Shown here: piece by piece, positions 29,329 through 38,909 of the stretch
Layout of the letters: every line of letters starts with the position of its first letter
Position numbering within the stretch: position 1 is the first letter of the stretch
Source: Sandaracinaceae bacterium
GTDB taxonomy: Bacteria; Myxococcota_A; Polyangia; Polyangiales; Sandaracinaceae
NCBI GenBank assembly: GCA_044220955.1
Contig: JBGAQA010000005.1
Coordinates: 41,897 to 105,896, forward strand
DNA length: 64,000 bases
Direction: 5' to 3'
Notes under the pieces: model-generated
Seen by the model: only the letters and a program-made list of their open reading frames with translations
Told to the model about the DNA's origin: nothing
Databases searched by the model: none
Position numbers and translations under genes: made by a program

Positions 29329-29402
29329 ACTTATTCTGTGTCCAGCGATGATTGCAATGGCGGCGCTGCGCCCGGCGCGAATTCGCGTGATATAGGCCCC
29401 CG

Positions 29403-29969
29403 ATGACCCGCTTCCTGGCCGCCCTCCTCCTCCTCTCGCTCTCCGCGTGCGGCGGCGCCTACTACGCGATGCGGCCCGCCGCCTCCGACGATCCGCCCGT
29501 GGCGATCGAGGGCCGCGCGCTCGTCGTCTTCGCGATGCCCACGAGCGGGCGCGACACGGTGAGCGTCATCGACGAGCTCGGCGTGTACCTGGGCCAGCTC
29601 CGCGGCCACACCTGGTTCGCGCGGGACGTCCCGCCGGGGGACCACCGCTTCTACGCGCTCGAGGGCAGCTCGGCCGCGGTGGTGCACGCGGTCGGGCTCG
29701 AGGCGGGACGCGTCTACTACCTCCGCATGGAGGACCCCGTCTTCGGCGTCACGCGCTTCGTCGCCGCCGGGTGCGACGCCACGAGCTTGACGGGGACGCA
29801 CCGCACCGAGCCGGATCCGGCCGCGAGCGAGGCCGCCGTCCGCCGGCAGCTCGGAGACATCCCCCAGCGCACGCTCGAGGCCGACGGTCGCTTCGACCGG
29901 ATGAGCGGCGAGGATCGGACCGCGCGCACCCTTTCGGGGGCTTGCCCTTCGGCGACCGCCGCCCCATGA
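29403..29969 (+). CDS. Hypothetical lipoprotein
   Basis: Lipobox LSAC; beta-rich core (VPPGDHRF, LEAGRVYY). Confidence 0.7.
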   Translation: MTRFLAALLLLSLSACGGAYYAMRPAASDDPPVAIEGRALVVFAMPTSGRDTVSVIDELGVYLGQLRGHTWFARDVPPGDHRFYALEGSSAAVVHAVGLEAGRVYYLRMEDPVFGVTRFVAAGCDATSLTGTHRTEPDPAASEAAVRRQLGDIPQRTLEADGRFDRMSGEDRTARTLSGACPSATAAP

Positions 29970-29998
29970 GACCTGCCCTCGAAGGAGACGAACGAACC

Positions 29999-30466
29999 AT
30001 GCGACCGCTCTCTGCGCTCCTGCTCTCCTGCTCCCTCGCCGCCTGCGGTGGCGCGTCCTCGGGCGCCGCCTCCTCCGCGGACGGCGCGACCGCCTCGACG
30101 TCGGGCTCCGAGAGCTCGAGCGAGGCGGCACCGCGCTTCGCGATGGTCACCGTCGACCAGGTCGCCGCCCGCGTCGAGGCCCACGACCCGCGCCTGGCCG
30201 TCTTCGACGCCAACGGCCGCGAGACCTACGACGAGCACCACGTCCCGGGCGCGACGTGGGTCCACTACGACTCGGTCACCGCGGACGTCCTGCCCGCCGA
30301 CCGCGGAGCGTCACTCGTCTTCTATTGCGCCAACGAACATTGCTCGGCGAGCCACGTCGCCGCGGAGACGGCGCTGGACCTCGGCTACACGGACGTGTCC
30401 GTGATGGGCGGTGGTATCCAGGGCTGGATCGACGCGGGCAAGCCGGTCGAGTCGGCCGCGCACTGA
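29999..30466 (+). CDS. Rhodanese-like domain lipoprotein
   Basis: Lipobox LAAC; FDAN, HVPGA, VFYCAN, GGIQGW; AAGGAG RBS. Confidence 0.88.
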   Translation: MRPLSALLLSCSLAACGGASSGAASSADGATASTSGSESSSEAAPRFAMVTVDQVAARVEAHDPRLAVFDANGRETYDEHHVPGATWVHYDSVTADVLPADRGASLVFYCANEHCSASHVAAETALDLGYTDVSVMGGGIQGWIDAGKPVESAAH

Positions 30467-30550
30467 CGCGCTCCGGGCAGAGCATTCTTCACCTCGGCTC
30501 TGGGCTCACCGTCGCCGATTCGACCGAGCTCCGCGGCTCTCGCTCGAGCG

Positions 30551-31390
30551 CTACTTCTTGTCGCCGAGCGCGCGCATCAGCGCGCCGCGCTTCTGCGCCG
30601 CGCCGAGCAGCTCGAAGAAGCCCTGGCCGAGCACGCGCTTGGCACGCCACGTGGCCTTCGCGTCCGCCTGCGGGAGCACGTAGAGCTTGCCCGCGAGCAT
30701 CCCGTCGAGCGCGAGCGTGGCGATCTGCTCCGCGCTCCACTTCGCCTCGGTCACGAGCTTGTCGGTGGCCGTCTCGGTGCCGCCGCCGTGCGCGCGCTTG
30801 GACTTGTGGATGTTGGTGCGGAAGAAGGTCGGGCAGAGCGCGGTGACCTGCACGTTGTCCTTCGCGAGCTCGGTGAAGAGCGTCTCGGAGAGCGCGATGA
30901 CGCCCGCCTTGGTCACGTTGTAGGGGGCCATGTTGGGCGGGCTCACGATGCCCGCGCTCGACGCCACGTTGAGGATGAAGCCGTTGCCTCGCTCTCGCAT
31001 CTCCGGGACGAAGAAGTGACAGCCCCAGATCGGGCCGTAGAGGTTCACCTCGACCTCCAGCTTCCAGTCGTCGATCGGGATCTTGCCGACCTCCCCCACG
31101 ACGGCCAGGCCGGCATTGTTCACCAGGACGTCGGTGCCGCCCCAGAGCTCGCGCGCTCGCTTGGCGAGCGCCTCGATCTGCGCGGGATCGCGGACGTCTG
31201 CCCTCGCGGCGACGGCCTCGGCGCCCCGCTCTCGGCAGAGCTTGCCCGTCGCTTCGGCGCTCTCGAGTTCCACGTCGCTCGCGAGCACGCGCGCGCCACG
31301 GCTCGCGAGCTCGAGCGCCACCGCGCGGCCGAAGCCGCTCCCTGCCCCCGTGATCACCGACCTCGCCTTGCTCGGGAGCTTCCTGCGCAT
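30551..31390 (-). CDS. SDR family oxidoreductase
   Basis: TGAGSGFG, NNAG, NVASSAG, YNVTK. Confidence 0.95.
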   Translation of the reverse strand: MRRKLPSKARSVITGAGSGFGRAVALELASRGARVLASDVELESAEATGKLCRERGAEAVAARADVRDPAQIEALAKRARELWGGTDVLVNNAGLAVVGEVGKIPIDDWKLEVEVNLYGPIWGCHFFVPEMRERGNGFILNVASSAGIVSPPNMAPYNVTKAGVIALSETLFTELAKDNVQVTALCPTFFRTNIHKSKRAHGGGTETATDKLVTEAKWSAEQIATLALDGMLAGKLYVLPQADAKATWRAKRVLGQGFFELLGAAQKRGALMRALGDKK

Positions 31391-31475
31391 GGCAGTATCC
31401 TTAGCAACCCGGGCGCGGCGAGGGCGCTCGCGTCCGGGAGGACGACGCACACGAACGATCGTCCCGAGGCCGGCG

Positions 31476-32063
31476 ATGGAGATCGAGACGTACGACCCGA
31501 GGCTCGACGATGCGCTCGCATTCGTCGCCGAGCGCTTTCGCCACAAGCCGCGCAAGGCGACGCGCGTGCCCTACCTCAGCCACCTGCTCGCGGTGACGGC
31601 GATGGTCATGGAGCACGGCGGCAGCGCGGACCAGATGGTGGCCGCGGCGCTGCACGACTACCTCGAAGACATTCCCGGCGCCTCGCTCGGCGAGATCGAG
31701 GACCGCTTCGGCGCGAACGTCGCGCGCCTCGTCGATGCGCTCTCGGACAGCAAGGACGCGTCCAGGCCCAAGGCGCCGTGGCGCGAGCGCAAGATCGCGC
31801 ACCTCTCGCGCCTGACGCCTGCGGCCGGCGACGTGAAGCTGATCGCCGCGTGCGACAAGCTCCACAACGTTCGCTCGGTGGTCCACGAGCAGAAGCGCGT
31901 GGGCGACGCGGCGTTCTCGCGCTTCAACGCGAGCATGGCGGACTCCCTCTGGTACTACCGAGCCGCGCTCGAGGCGCTGCGCACCGGCTGGGAGCACGAG
32001 GTGCTCGAGGAGCTCGCGAGCGCCGTGGCCGAGGCGCACCGGCTCGCCGACGTTCCGCTGTGA
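31476..32063 (+). CDS. Stand-alone HD-domain protein, small alarmone hydrolase (Mesh1/SAH-like)
   Basis: PRKATRVPYLSH, AALHDYLED, FGANVARLV, CDKLHNVR; no synthetase domain. Confidence 0.85.
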   Translation: MEIETYDPRLDDALAFVAERFRHKPRKATRVPYLSHLLAVTAMVMEHGGSADQMVAAALHDYLEDIPGASLGEIEDRFGANVARLVDALSDSKDASRPKAPWRERKIAHLSRLTPAAGDVKLIAACDKLHNVRSVVHEQKRVGDAAFSRFNASMADSLWYYRAALEALRTGWEHEVLEELASAVAEAHRLADVPL

Positions 32064-32141
32064 GAGCGCGTCCCGAAGCGGCGCCGTTTCGCCTCGGCGC
32101 AGGAGCCGCGGAGACGAGCCGGCGCCACTCCCGACGGCCTC

Positions 32142-32921
32142 TCAGATCGCGGTGACGCTCACCGCGTGGGTACACGCGCGGTAGATCGTGTCGCGCACGC
32201 GCAGCGTGTACGTCCCGGGCGTCAGGTCGCGCTCGAGCTGCGCGCTCGAGTCCGGCCCGCCGTACGAGTTGCTGTCGATGGACGCTGCGTTCTGGATGAG
32301 CTCGATGCGCGAGGTGCACATGCCGGAGTCGGTCGCGGCGGCTTGGATCCGGTAGCGACCCGCCGCCGCGATCGTGATGGTGAGCTCGGCGCTCGCGGGT
32401 CGGTCCCAGTCGGCGCTCGGGGTGGTGACGGTCGCGGGCGGGGCTCCCGGAGCGATCGCGGCGGCGGGCGTGAACGGCGCCGGCTGGGTCACCGACACCT
32501 GCACGCTCGCGGCGGCGTGGTTGTACTCGTGGACGCGGACGGTGTAGGTGCCGGGCGCGAGGAACGCCGCGAGCCGCGCGTCGTAGCCCTCGCCGCTGTC
32601 CGAGTCGGTCGCGACCGTCCATCCGTTCGCGTCGAGGACCGAGAGCTGGGCGTCCGCGGGCATGCCGAGCGCGTCGATCTGCAGCTCGCTCGGCGCGGCC
32701 ACGGCGAGGGTCCATCGCGGCGCCGCGGCGACGTTCACGGTGATGGGAGCAGCCCCGATCGCGATGGTCGTCGGGTTCGGGCCGCCGGGCGTCGCGGGCG
32801 CGAGCGCCGACGGGTCGGCGGGCACGGCGGGCGTCGCGCCGCCGGAGCCGCCCATGCAGCAGCCGCCGAGGGCGAGCAGGGCCGAGAGGGCGAGCGAGAG
32901 GTTCGTCGAGAGGGTGCGCAT
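32142..32921 (-). CDS. Lipoprotein with two PPC-like beta-sandwich domains
   Basis: LGGCC lipobox; DSDSGEGYDARL...PGTYTVRV, second unit PGTYTLRV. Confidence 0.7.
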   Translation of the reverse strand: MRTLSTNLSLALSALLALGGCCMGGSGGATPAVPADPSALAPATPGGPNPTTIAIGAAPITVNVAAAPRWTLAVAAPSELQIDALGMPADAQLSVLDANGWTVATDSDSGEGYDARLAAFLAPGTYTVRVHEYNHAAASVQVSVTQPAPFTPAAAIAPGAPPATVTTPSADWDRPASAELTITIAAAGRYRIQAAATDSGMCTSRIELIQNAASIDSNSYGGPDSSAQLERDLTPGTYTLRVRDTIYRACTHAVSVTAI

Positions 32922-32943
32922 CTTGGTTCTCCGTCTCTTTCGC

Positions 32944-33651
32944 TCAGCGCGCCGGGGCGACGGTGAGGGTCATCGGGCAGGCGTGGCCCCACCAGTTGCG
33001 GATCCGGAGCGTGTAGCTGCCCGCCACGAGCGCGCGCTCGGCCGTGGCCGGCGTCCCCGAGCCGGTGCCGGAGATCGCGTAGCCCTCGACGGCCATGTCG
33101 TGGATGACGCTGATCTCGGGCGAGCACTGGGCATCGCCCGGGATCGCGGTGATCGCGTAGTTCCCCGGCGTGGCGACGCTGAGCGCGACCTCGACGCTCG
33201 CTGCGCGCGACCAGTCGCCCTCGGGCGTGCTGATCGCGGCCGGCGGCGCGCCCGGGGCGATGGTGGCCACGGGCGTGAACGCCGGTGCCGCCGTCACCTG
33301 CACGTTCGCGGCCATCGCGCGGTACTGGTACTCCCAGACGACGATCTGGTACGTGCCCGGCGCCACGAACCAGGCGAGGCGCGCGTTGGTGCCGTCGCCG
33401 GAGTCGCTGTCGTCGGCGACGTAGGAGCCGTCGCGCATCAGCCGGATCTGGGCGTCGCCCCCGTCCGTCGCGATCGCGTCGACGATGATCTCCTGCGCCG
33501 CGTCGACCGTGAGCGTGAGGCTCGGGTCGGCGGCCACCGCGCCGGTCGCGGGAGGCGCACCGACGGTCAGGGCAGGAAGGGTCTGGGCGAGCGCGGTGCC
33601 GGCGAGGCCGGTCAGCGCGAGGGCGAGAAGGGGCGAGAAGGTTCGTCGCAT
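32944..33651 (-). CDS. Secreted paralog with two PPC-like domains
   Basis: Signal peptide ending ALA-Q; DDSDSGDGTNARL...PGTYQIV; GGAG RBS. Confidence 0.7.
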   Translation of the reverse strand: MRRTFSPLLALALTGLAGTALAQTLPALTVGAPPATGAVAADPSLTLTVDAAQEIIVDAIATDGGDAQIRLMRDGSYVADDSDSGDGTNARLAWFVAPGTYQIVVWEYQYRAMAANVQVTAAPAFTPVATIAPGAPPAAISTPEGDWSRAASVEVALSVATPGNYAITAIPGDAQCSPEISVIHDMAVEGYAISGTGSGTPATAERALVAGSYTLRIRNWWGHACPMTLTVAPAR

Positions 33652-33754
33652 CGTGTCTCCTGGGGCTCGGTCACCGAGCGGTGAGCCGTGCGTGGGATAC
33701 GCGAGCGAGCGAAAGGACACCTCCGCGGGAGGCGTCAAACGTGGTCAAAGCGCG

Positions 33755-34375
33755 TCAAGCGCGGGCGAGGACGGCGCGCACCTTGGCCGTGATCAGGTCG
33801 AGCGCGACGCGGTTGTCGCCGCCCTCGGGGATGATCAGGTCGGCCCAGCGCTTGGACGGCTCGACGAACTGCAGGTGCATCGGCCGCACCGTCCGGTAGT
33901 ACTGCTCGCGCACCGACTCGAACGTGCGACCGCGGTGCTCCATGTCGCGCCGCACCCGGCGCAGCACGCGGATGTCGGCGTCGGTGTCGACGAAGAGCTT
34001 GAGATCGAGCTGCTCGCGCAGGTCCGCGTCGCTGAAGAGCAGGATCCCCTCGACCACCACGATCGGCGTCGGCTCGATGCGCCGCGTGTGCGGGCCGCGC
34101 CGGTGGATCTTGAAGTCGTACATCGGCACTTCGATCGGCTGCCCGTGCTTGAGCGCGTGGACGTGCGAGACGAGGAGCGAGGTCTCGAGCGAGTCCGGGT
34201 GGTCGAAGTTGAGGTTGCAGCGCTCGTCGTAGGTGAGGTCTCCGCGATCGAGGTAGTACGCGTCGTGCTCGAGGATGGTGACCTGCTCGGAAGGGAGCGC
34301 CTCGGCGATCTTGCGCGCGATCGTGGTCTTGCCCGACCCCGTCCCTCCGGCGACGCCCACGACGTACGGCTTCAT
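33755..34375 (-). CDS. udk: Uridine kinase
   Basis: GVAGGTGSGKTT, DAYY, NFDHPDS, VEGIL, RPMHLQFVEPSKRWADLIIP. Confidence 0.96.
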   Translation of the reverse strand: MKPYVVGVAGGTGSGKTTIARKIAEALPSEQVTILEHDAYYLDRGDLTYDERCNLNFDHPDSLETSLLVSHVHALKHGQPIEVPMYDFKIHRRGPHTRRIEPTPIVVVEGILLFSDADLREQLDLKLFVDTDADIRVLRRVRRDMEHRGRTFESVREQYYRTVRPMHLQFVEPSKRWADLIIPEGGDNRVALDLITAKVRAVLARA

Positions 34376-34441
34376 GCGGCGCGCATCCTGGCACGAAGTG
34401 CTGTCCTCGCACGCGCCCCGGCGTGGCGTACATTGCGAGCC

Positions 34442-36160
34442 ATGCGCCGCGTCGCCGCCGCCTTCTCGCTCGGGCTCGCAGTCGCATGCGGCGGGGCCAC
34501 CGCGCCGCCCCCCGCGACCACCGCAGTCACCACGGCCGCCACCGGGGAGGTCACGATCTCGATCGTCGGGACGAACGACCTCCACGGCCACCTGCGCGCG
34601 CTGCCGCTCCTGGCCGGCTACGTCGCGAACCTCCGCGCCGCGCGCGAGCGCGACGGCGGCGCCGTGATCCTCGTGGACGGCGGCGACGTCTTCCAGGGCA
34701 CGCTCGAGTCGAACCTGCGCGAGGGCGCCCCCGTCGTGACCGCGTACGACCTGCTCGGCTACGACGCGGTCACGATCGGCAACCACGAGTTCGACTACGG
34801 GCCCGTCGGACCGGACGCGACGGTGCAGCACGAAGGCGAGGATCCGCGCGGTGCGCTCGAGGCGCGCATCGCCGAGTCCCACTTCGCGTGGCTGAGCGCC
34901 AACCTCGTCACGCGGGCGACGGGCCAGAGCGCGGGCCTGGCGCCACCCAGCACGATCGTCGAGCGCGCGGGCGTCCGCGTCGGCGTGATCGGCGTGACCA
35001 CCGAGCAGACGCTCACGACGACGATCGCGGCGAACGTGACGGACCTGGCGATCCGCCCGCTCGCGGTCGCGATCGCCGCCGAGGCACAGCGCCTCCGCAG
35101 CGAGGAGCACGCGGCCGTCGTCGTGGTCGCCGCGCACGCTGGCGGCAACTGCGCCTCGCTCGACGATCCGCACGACCTCGCGAGCTGCGATCTCCACGAC
35201 GAGATCTTCGAGGTCGCCGCCGCGCTGCCGCCGCACCTCGTCGACGTGATCGTCGCGGGGCACACGCACCAGGCCGTCGCGCACGTCGCGTCCGGGATCA
35301 CGATCATCGAGTCGCGCTCGTACGGGCGCTCGTTCGGCCGGGTCGACCTCGCGGTCGATCGCGCGACGGGTCGGATCACCTCTTCGCGCGTGTTCCCGAC
35401 ACGGGATCTCTGTCGCGAGCAGCCGGCGCCCGACGCCGACCCCTCCGCGTGCGCGCACGACGACTACGAGGGCGCGCGGGTGGTGCCCGACGCGCGCGTG
35501 GCCGAGGTGGTGCGCGAGGCGCTGGCGTTCGCGGACGCGCAGCGGAGCCGGCCGCTGGGCGTGACGCTGACCGCGCAGGTCCGTCGCGACGGCCGGGGCG
35601 AGTGCGCGCTCGGCAACCTCTTCACCGACCTCATGCACGAGGCCCGGCCCGCGGCGGACCTCGCGCTCTACAACGGCGGCGGCCTGCGCGCGGATCTCCC
35701 CGCGGGCCCGCTGACCTACGGCTCGTTCTACGAGGCGCTCCCCTTCGACAACCGCTTCGCGCTGGTGCGCTCGAGCGGCCGCGAGGTCGCCGAGCTCTTC
35801 GCGCGCGACGTGACGCACGCCGGCAGCGTGCTGAGCGTGTCCGGCGTCCGCGTCGTGGCGCGCTGCGAAGGAAGCGAGGCGCGCGTCACCCTCGAGCGTG
35901 CCGACGGGCGGGCCATCGGCGACGACGAGCCCCTCACGCTCGTCGTGAGCGACTTCATCGCCACGGGCGGCGACGGCTTCTTCGCGCGGGCCCGCGAGCA
36001 GGCGGGCGCGGTCACGCTCGAGGACGACCCACCGATGCGCGAAGCGATGGTCTCGCTCCTCGAGGCGCACGGCGGGACGCTCGACCCGGACGTGCTCTTC
36101 GATCCCGCGCGCCCGCGCATCGTCGTTCCCGGCGGTCGACGCCCGATGACCTGTCCGTGA
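34442..36160 (+). CDS. 5'-nucleotidase / metallophosphatase lipoprotein (UshA-like)
   Basis: AVAC lipobox; TNDLHG, DGGDVFQG, GNHEFD, AGHTH, NGGGLRA, LPFDN, GGDGF. Confidence 0.93.
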   Translation: MRRVAAAFSLGLAVACGGATAPPPATTAVTTAATGEVTISIVGTNDLHGHLRALPLLAGYVANLRAARERDGGAVILVDGGDVFQGTLESNLREGAPVVTAYDLLGYDAVTIGNHEFDYGPVGPDATVQHEGEDPRGALEARIAESHFAWLSANLVTRATGQSAGLAPPSTIVERAGVRVGVIGVTTEQTLTTTIAANVTDLAIRPLAVAIAAEAQRLRSEEHAAVVVVAAHAGGNCASLDDPHDLASCDLHDEIFEVAAALPPHLVDVIVAGHTHQAVAHVASGITIIESRSYGRSFGRVDLAVDRATGRITSSRVFPTRDLCREQPAPDADPSACAHDDYEGARVVPDARVAEVVREALAFADAQRSRPLGVTLTAQVRRDGRGECALGNLFTDLMHEARPAADLALYNGGGLRADLPAGPLTYGSFYEALPFDNRFALVRSSGREVAELFARDVTHAGSVLSVSGVRVVARCEGSEARVTLERADGRAIGDDEPLTLVVSDFIATGGDGFFARAREQAGAVTLEDDPPMREAMVSLLEAHGGTLDPDVLFDPARPRIVVPGGRRPMTCP

Positions 36161-36456
36161 GCGAGCTCGACTGCCTCCGATGCGGCGCGTGCTGCACGTC
36201 ACCCTCGGCGCGGCACGTCCCGGTCACGGGCCGCGACTGGGACCGGCTGGCAGACCGCGCCGACGAGCTGACCGACTGGACCGAGAGCCACGCGTTCATG
36301 CGCATGGAGCGCGGGCGGTGCATCGCGCTCGCCGACGACGCCGATCGGCTGCGCTGCACCGTCTACGAGCGGCGCCCCGACGTGTGCCGCGAGCTCGAGC
36401 GCGGCGGGCCCGCGTGCGAGGCCGAGCGCGCACGCAAGCTGCCCGTCGTGCGCTGA
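36157..36456 (+). CDS. YkgJ-family cysteine cluster protein
   Basis: CLRCGACC, CIAL, CTVYERRPDVCR. Confidence 0.9.
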   Translation: MSELDCLRCGACCTSPSARHVPVTGRDWDRLADRADELTDWTESHAFMRMERGRCIALADDADRLRCTVYERRPDVCRELERGGPACEAERARKLPVVR

Positions 36457-36472
36457 CGCGAGCGGCGAACGC

Positions 36473-37234
36473 TCACGGACCGCACTGGCCGGCGGTGATG
36501 CCGCCGAACCCGGCGCAGCTCGCCTCCGTGCAGAGGAACGTCTCGCAGTCGTAGCAGGTGCCGAACGTGCAGCTCGTCGGACGCACCGCGCGCACGCGCA
36601 CGAGCGAGGCGTCGGTCGTGGTCTCGCCGGTGTCGGTGACGATGGTCGCGCTCGTGCAGCCCGGGGAGCTCGGGTACATCGAGCGGCAGGTCGACTCGGC
36701 CATGCAGAGGTCGCTGCGGCTCCCGTGGTTCACGCCGTACGCGCGCGCCGCGCCGCAGCAGTCGGTGCGATGGAGCTGCACGACGCAGTTCGCGCGCGCC
36801 GCGTCGACGGTGCCTCCCGCCGCGCCGCGAGCGGCCGACGCGATGGCCGCCGCCCAGTTGGTGCACTCGAGGCCGGGCAGGCACATGATGGCGCCGTCCG
36901 GATAGAACGGGTTGGTGTCGAGGTTGGCGTCGCTCGCGCTCCCGGCGTCGGTGCCCGCGTCGTCGCCGCTGGCGCCGGTGTCGTCGGCCGTGGCGCCGGT
37001 GTCGGTCGGTGGGCTGCCCGTGTCCATCGGCGGGACGCCCGTGTCCATCGGCGGGACGCCCGTGTCGACCGGCGGTACGCCCGTGTCGACCGGCGGTACG
37101 CCCGTGTCGACGGCGCCGGTGCCCGTGTCGTTCCCGCCGGTGCCGGTGTCGGTCCCGGGTGCGGTCGAGGGGTTGCTGCAGCCCGCGATCAAGGCGAGCG
37201 CGCAGGCGGTGAGCGAGACGAGACCACGCGTCAT
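36473..37234 (-). CDS. Lipoprotein with DTG-repeat linker and Cys-rich C-terminal domain
   Basis: IAGC lipobox, GGAGG RBS, (DTGVPPx)n repeats, many paired Cys. Confidence 0.75.
   Translation of the reverse strand: MTRGLVSLTACALALIAGCSNPSTAPGTDTGTGGNDTGTGAVDTGVPPVDTGVPPVDTGVPPMDTGVPPMDTGSPPTDTGATADDTGASGDDAGTDAGSASDANLDTNPFYPDGAIMCLPGLECTNWAAAIASAARGAAGGTVDAARANCVVQLHRTDCCGAARAYGVNHGSRSDLCMAESTCRSMYPSSPGCTSATIVTDTGETTTDASLVRVRAVRPTSCTFGTCYDCETFLCTEASCAGFGGITAGQCGP
37017..37111. repeat. Intragenic 21-bp tandem repeat (about 4.5 copies)
   Basis: CCCGTGTCCATCGGCGGGACG x2, then CCCGTGTCGACCGGCGGTACG x2 plus a partial copy; encodes DTGVPP(V/M). Confidence 0.9.
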
Positions 37235-37307
37235 GGGTTCCTCCAAGAAAGAAACCACAGGATAGATGGTTCCCGTCGCGGACGGCAAATCCGCCGTCGG
37301 AGGCGGG

Positions 37308-38057
37308 TCAGCCCTCGAGCTCCGCCAGGACCGGCCCGTGGTCGCTCGTGCCGAACTCGCGCGACGCGACGCACGAGCGCGCCTGGGCGGCGAGCTTCTC
37401 GCTCGCCAGAACGTAGTCGAGGCGCCAGCCGACGTTCTTCTGCCGGAGGTTCCGCCAGGGCGCCCACCACGTGTAGAGGCGGTCGTCGTCCGGCGCGAAG
37501 TGCCGCCCGAGATCGACGAGCCCGTGCGCCAGCAGGCCGGCGAACATCGCGCGCTCGCCGGGGGTCTGCCCGATCTCCTGTTCCTTCTGGAGCGACGGGT
37601 GCACGTCGCGGCGCTCGCGCGCGACGTTGTAGTCACCCGAGAGCACGAGCTGCTCGCCGCGCGCGTGCGCGTCCTTCACGAACGCGTCGAGGGCCGTCAG
37701 GAAGCGGACCTTCGCGTCGAAGTCCTTGCCACCGTTGGGCACGTAGATGGACGCGAACGTGCGCGTCCCCACTCGCGCGCATGCGATGCGGTGCTCGTGG
37801 TCGAAGTCCGGGTGGAAGTACGCGGGACGTTCCGGGAAGCGCGCCTTGGCGAAGTGCAGCGCCACGCCCGAGTAGCCCTTCTCGCCGTGCCAGTACGACC
37901 AGTAGCCGGGGAGCTCGACCAGCGCGCGCGGCACCTGATCGAGCGCGGCCTTCACCTCCTGCAGGCAGACGACGTCGGGCGCCTGCGCCGCGAGCAGCTC
38001 GACGAGCTGAGCCTCGCGCGCGCGGATGCCGTTCACGTTCCAGGTCACGAGCTTCAT
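37308..38057 (-). CDS. xth: Exodeoxyribonuclease III
   Basis: TWNVNGIRA, LQEVK, GYSGVA, YVPNG, GDYN, YTWW, GWRLDY, SDHGP. Confidence 0.95.
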   Translation of the reverse strand: MKLVTWNVNGIRAREAQLVELLAAQAPDVVCLQEVKAALDQVPRALVELPGYWSYWHGEKGYSGVALHFAKARFPERPAYFHPDFDHEHRIACARVGTRTFASIYVPNGGKDFDAKVRFLTALDAFVKDAHARGEQLVLSGDYNVARERRDVHPSLQKEQEIGQTPGERAMFAGLLAHGLVDLGRHFAPDDDRLYTWWAPWRNLRQKNVGWRLDYVLASEKLAAQARSCVASREFGTSDHGPVLAELEG

Positions 38058-38180
38058 CGCGCGGGACGATACGCAAATCCCGTCCCCGCCGCGACCGCTC
38101 GCGCGCACGGGCGGACCGCTCGCCGCGTTCGCGGAAGGAACCCGGGGGGCCGCTCTGTCCGACGCCACACGGAGGATCCC

Positions 38181-38909
38181 ATGGACGGAACCAGCTTCGA
38201 AGCACCCAGGCCCGAGGCGCCGGTCGCGCCGCACCAGGCCGAGCCGCGCGACGACCCGCCACCGGCCCTGCCCCTCGAGCGGCAGGGCATCACGGCCATC
38301 GTGGACGCGCTGCTGCGCAGCCCGACGCGCCTCTACGTCACCGCGTCCGAGCGCAGCGTGGCGAGCCGCCTGCTCGTCATCGTGCTCGTCAGCCTCGCCG
38401 GGACCGGCGTCGCGATGGCCTCGTGGTCGGGCGGACTGCAGCTCGCGCTCGTCCCGGTGAAGCTCGCGCTCGTCGCGCTCGTCACGGCCCTTGTCTGCAT
38501 GCCGAGCCTGCACGTGCTCTCCGCGCTCTCGGGCAGCCCGCAGTCCATCCGGCAGACCGGCTCCGCGCTCTCGATGGGGGTCGCGCTCGCCGCCGTCCTC
38601 GCCCTGGCGCTCGCGCCGATCGCCTGGGTCCTCTCGGCCGCGACGAGCTCGCTGGCGCTGGCCGGCGCGCTCCATCTCTCTGTCTTGCTCGTCGCCGCGG
38701 GGGCGGGGCTCGGGCTGGTGCGGCGCGCGCTCGCGAGCTCGGCCGGAACCACGATCCGCGGGCTCGGCGCGTGGAGCTTCATGTTCGTCGTGGTCGCGCT
38801 CCAGCTCGCGACGACGCTGCGGCCGATGGTGGGCCCCTTCGACGGGCTCTGGCCCCACGAGCGCACCTTCTTCCTCGCGCACTTCGCCGACTGCCTCGGC
38901 GGGTCGTGA
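38181..38909 (+). CDS. Multi-TM membrane protein (first of a related pair)
   Basis: GGAGG RBS; VKL...ICMPSLH, QLATTLRPMVG. Confidence 0.7.
   Translation: MDGTSFEAPRPEAPVAPHQAEPRDDPPPALPLERQGITAIVDALLRSPTRLYVTASERSVASRLLVIVLVSLAGTGVAMASWSGGLQLALVPVKLALVALVTALVCMPSLHVLSALSGSPQSIRQTGSALSMGVALAAVLALALAPIAWVLSAATSSLALAGALHLSVLLVAAGAGLGLVRRALASSAGTTIRGLGAWSFMFVVVALQLATTLRPMVGPFDGLWPHERTFFLAHFADCLGGS

Noticed and set aside
33485..36202. Very long N-terminal extensions in the ORF track for udk and the 5'-nucleotidase (likewise fbp, xth, kinase)
   Set aside because: The extensions overlap neighbouring genes; family motifs and signal peptides begin at the shorter starts used here
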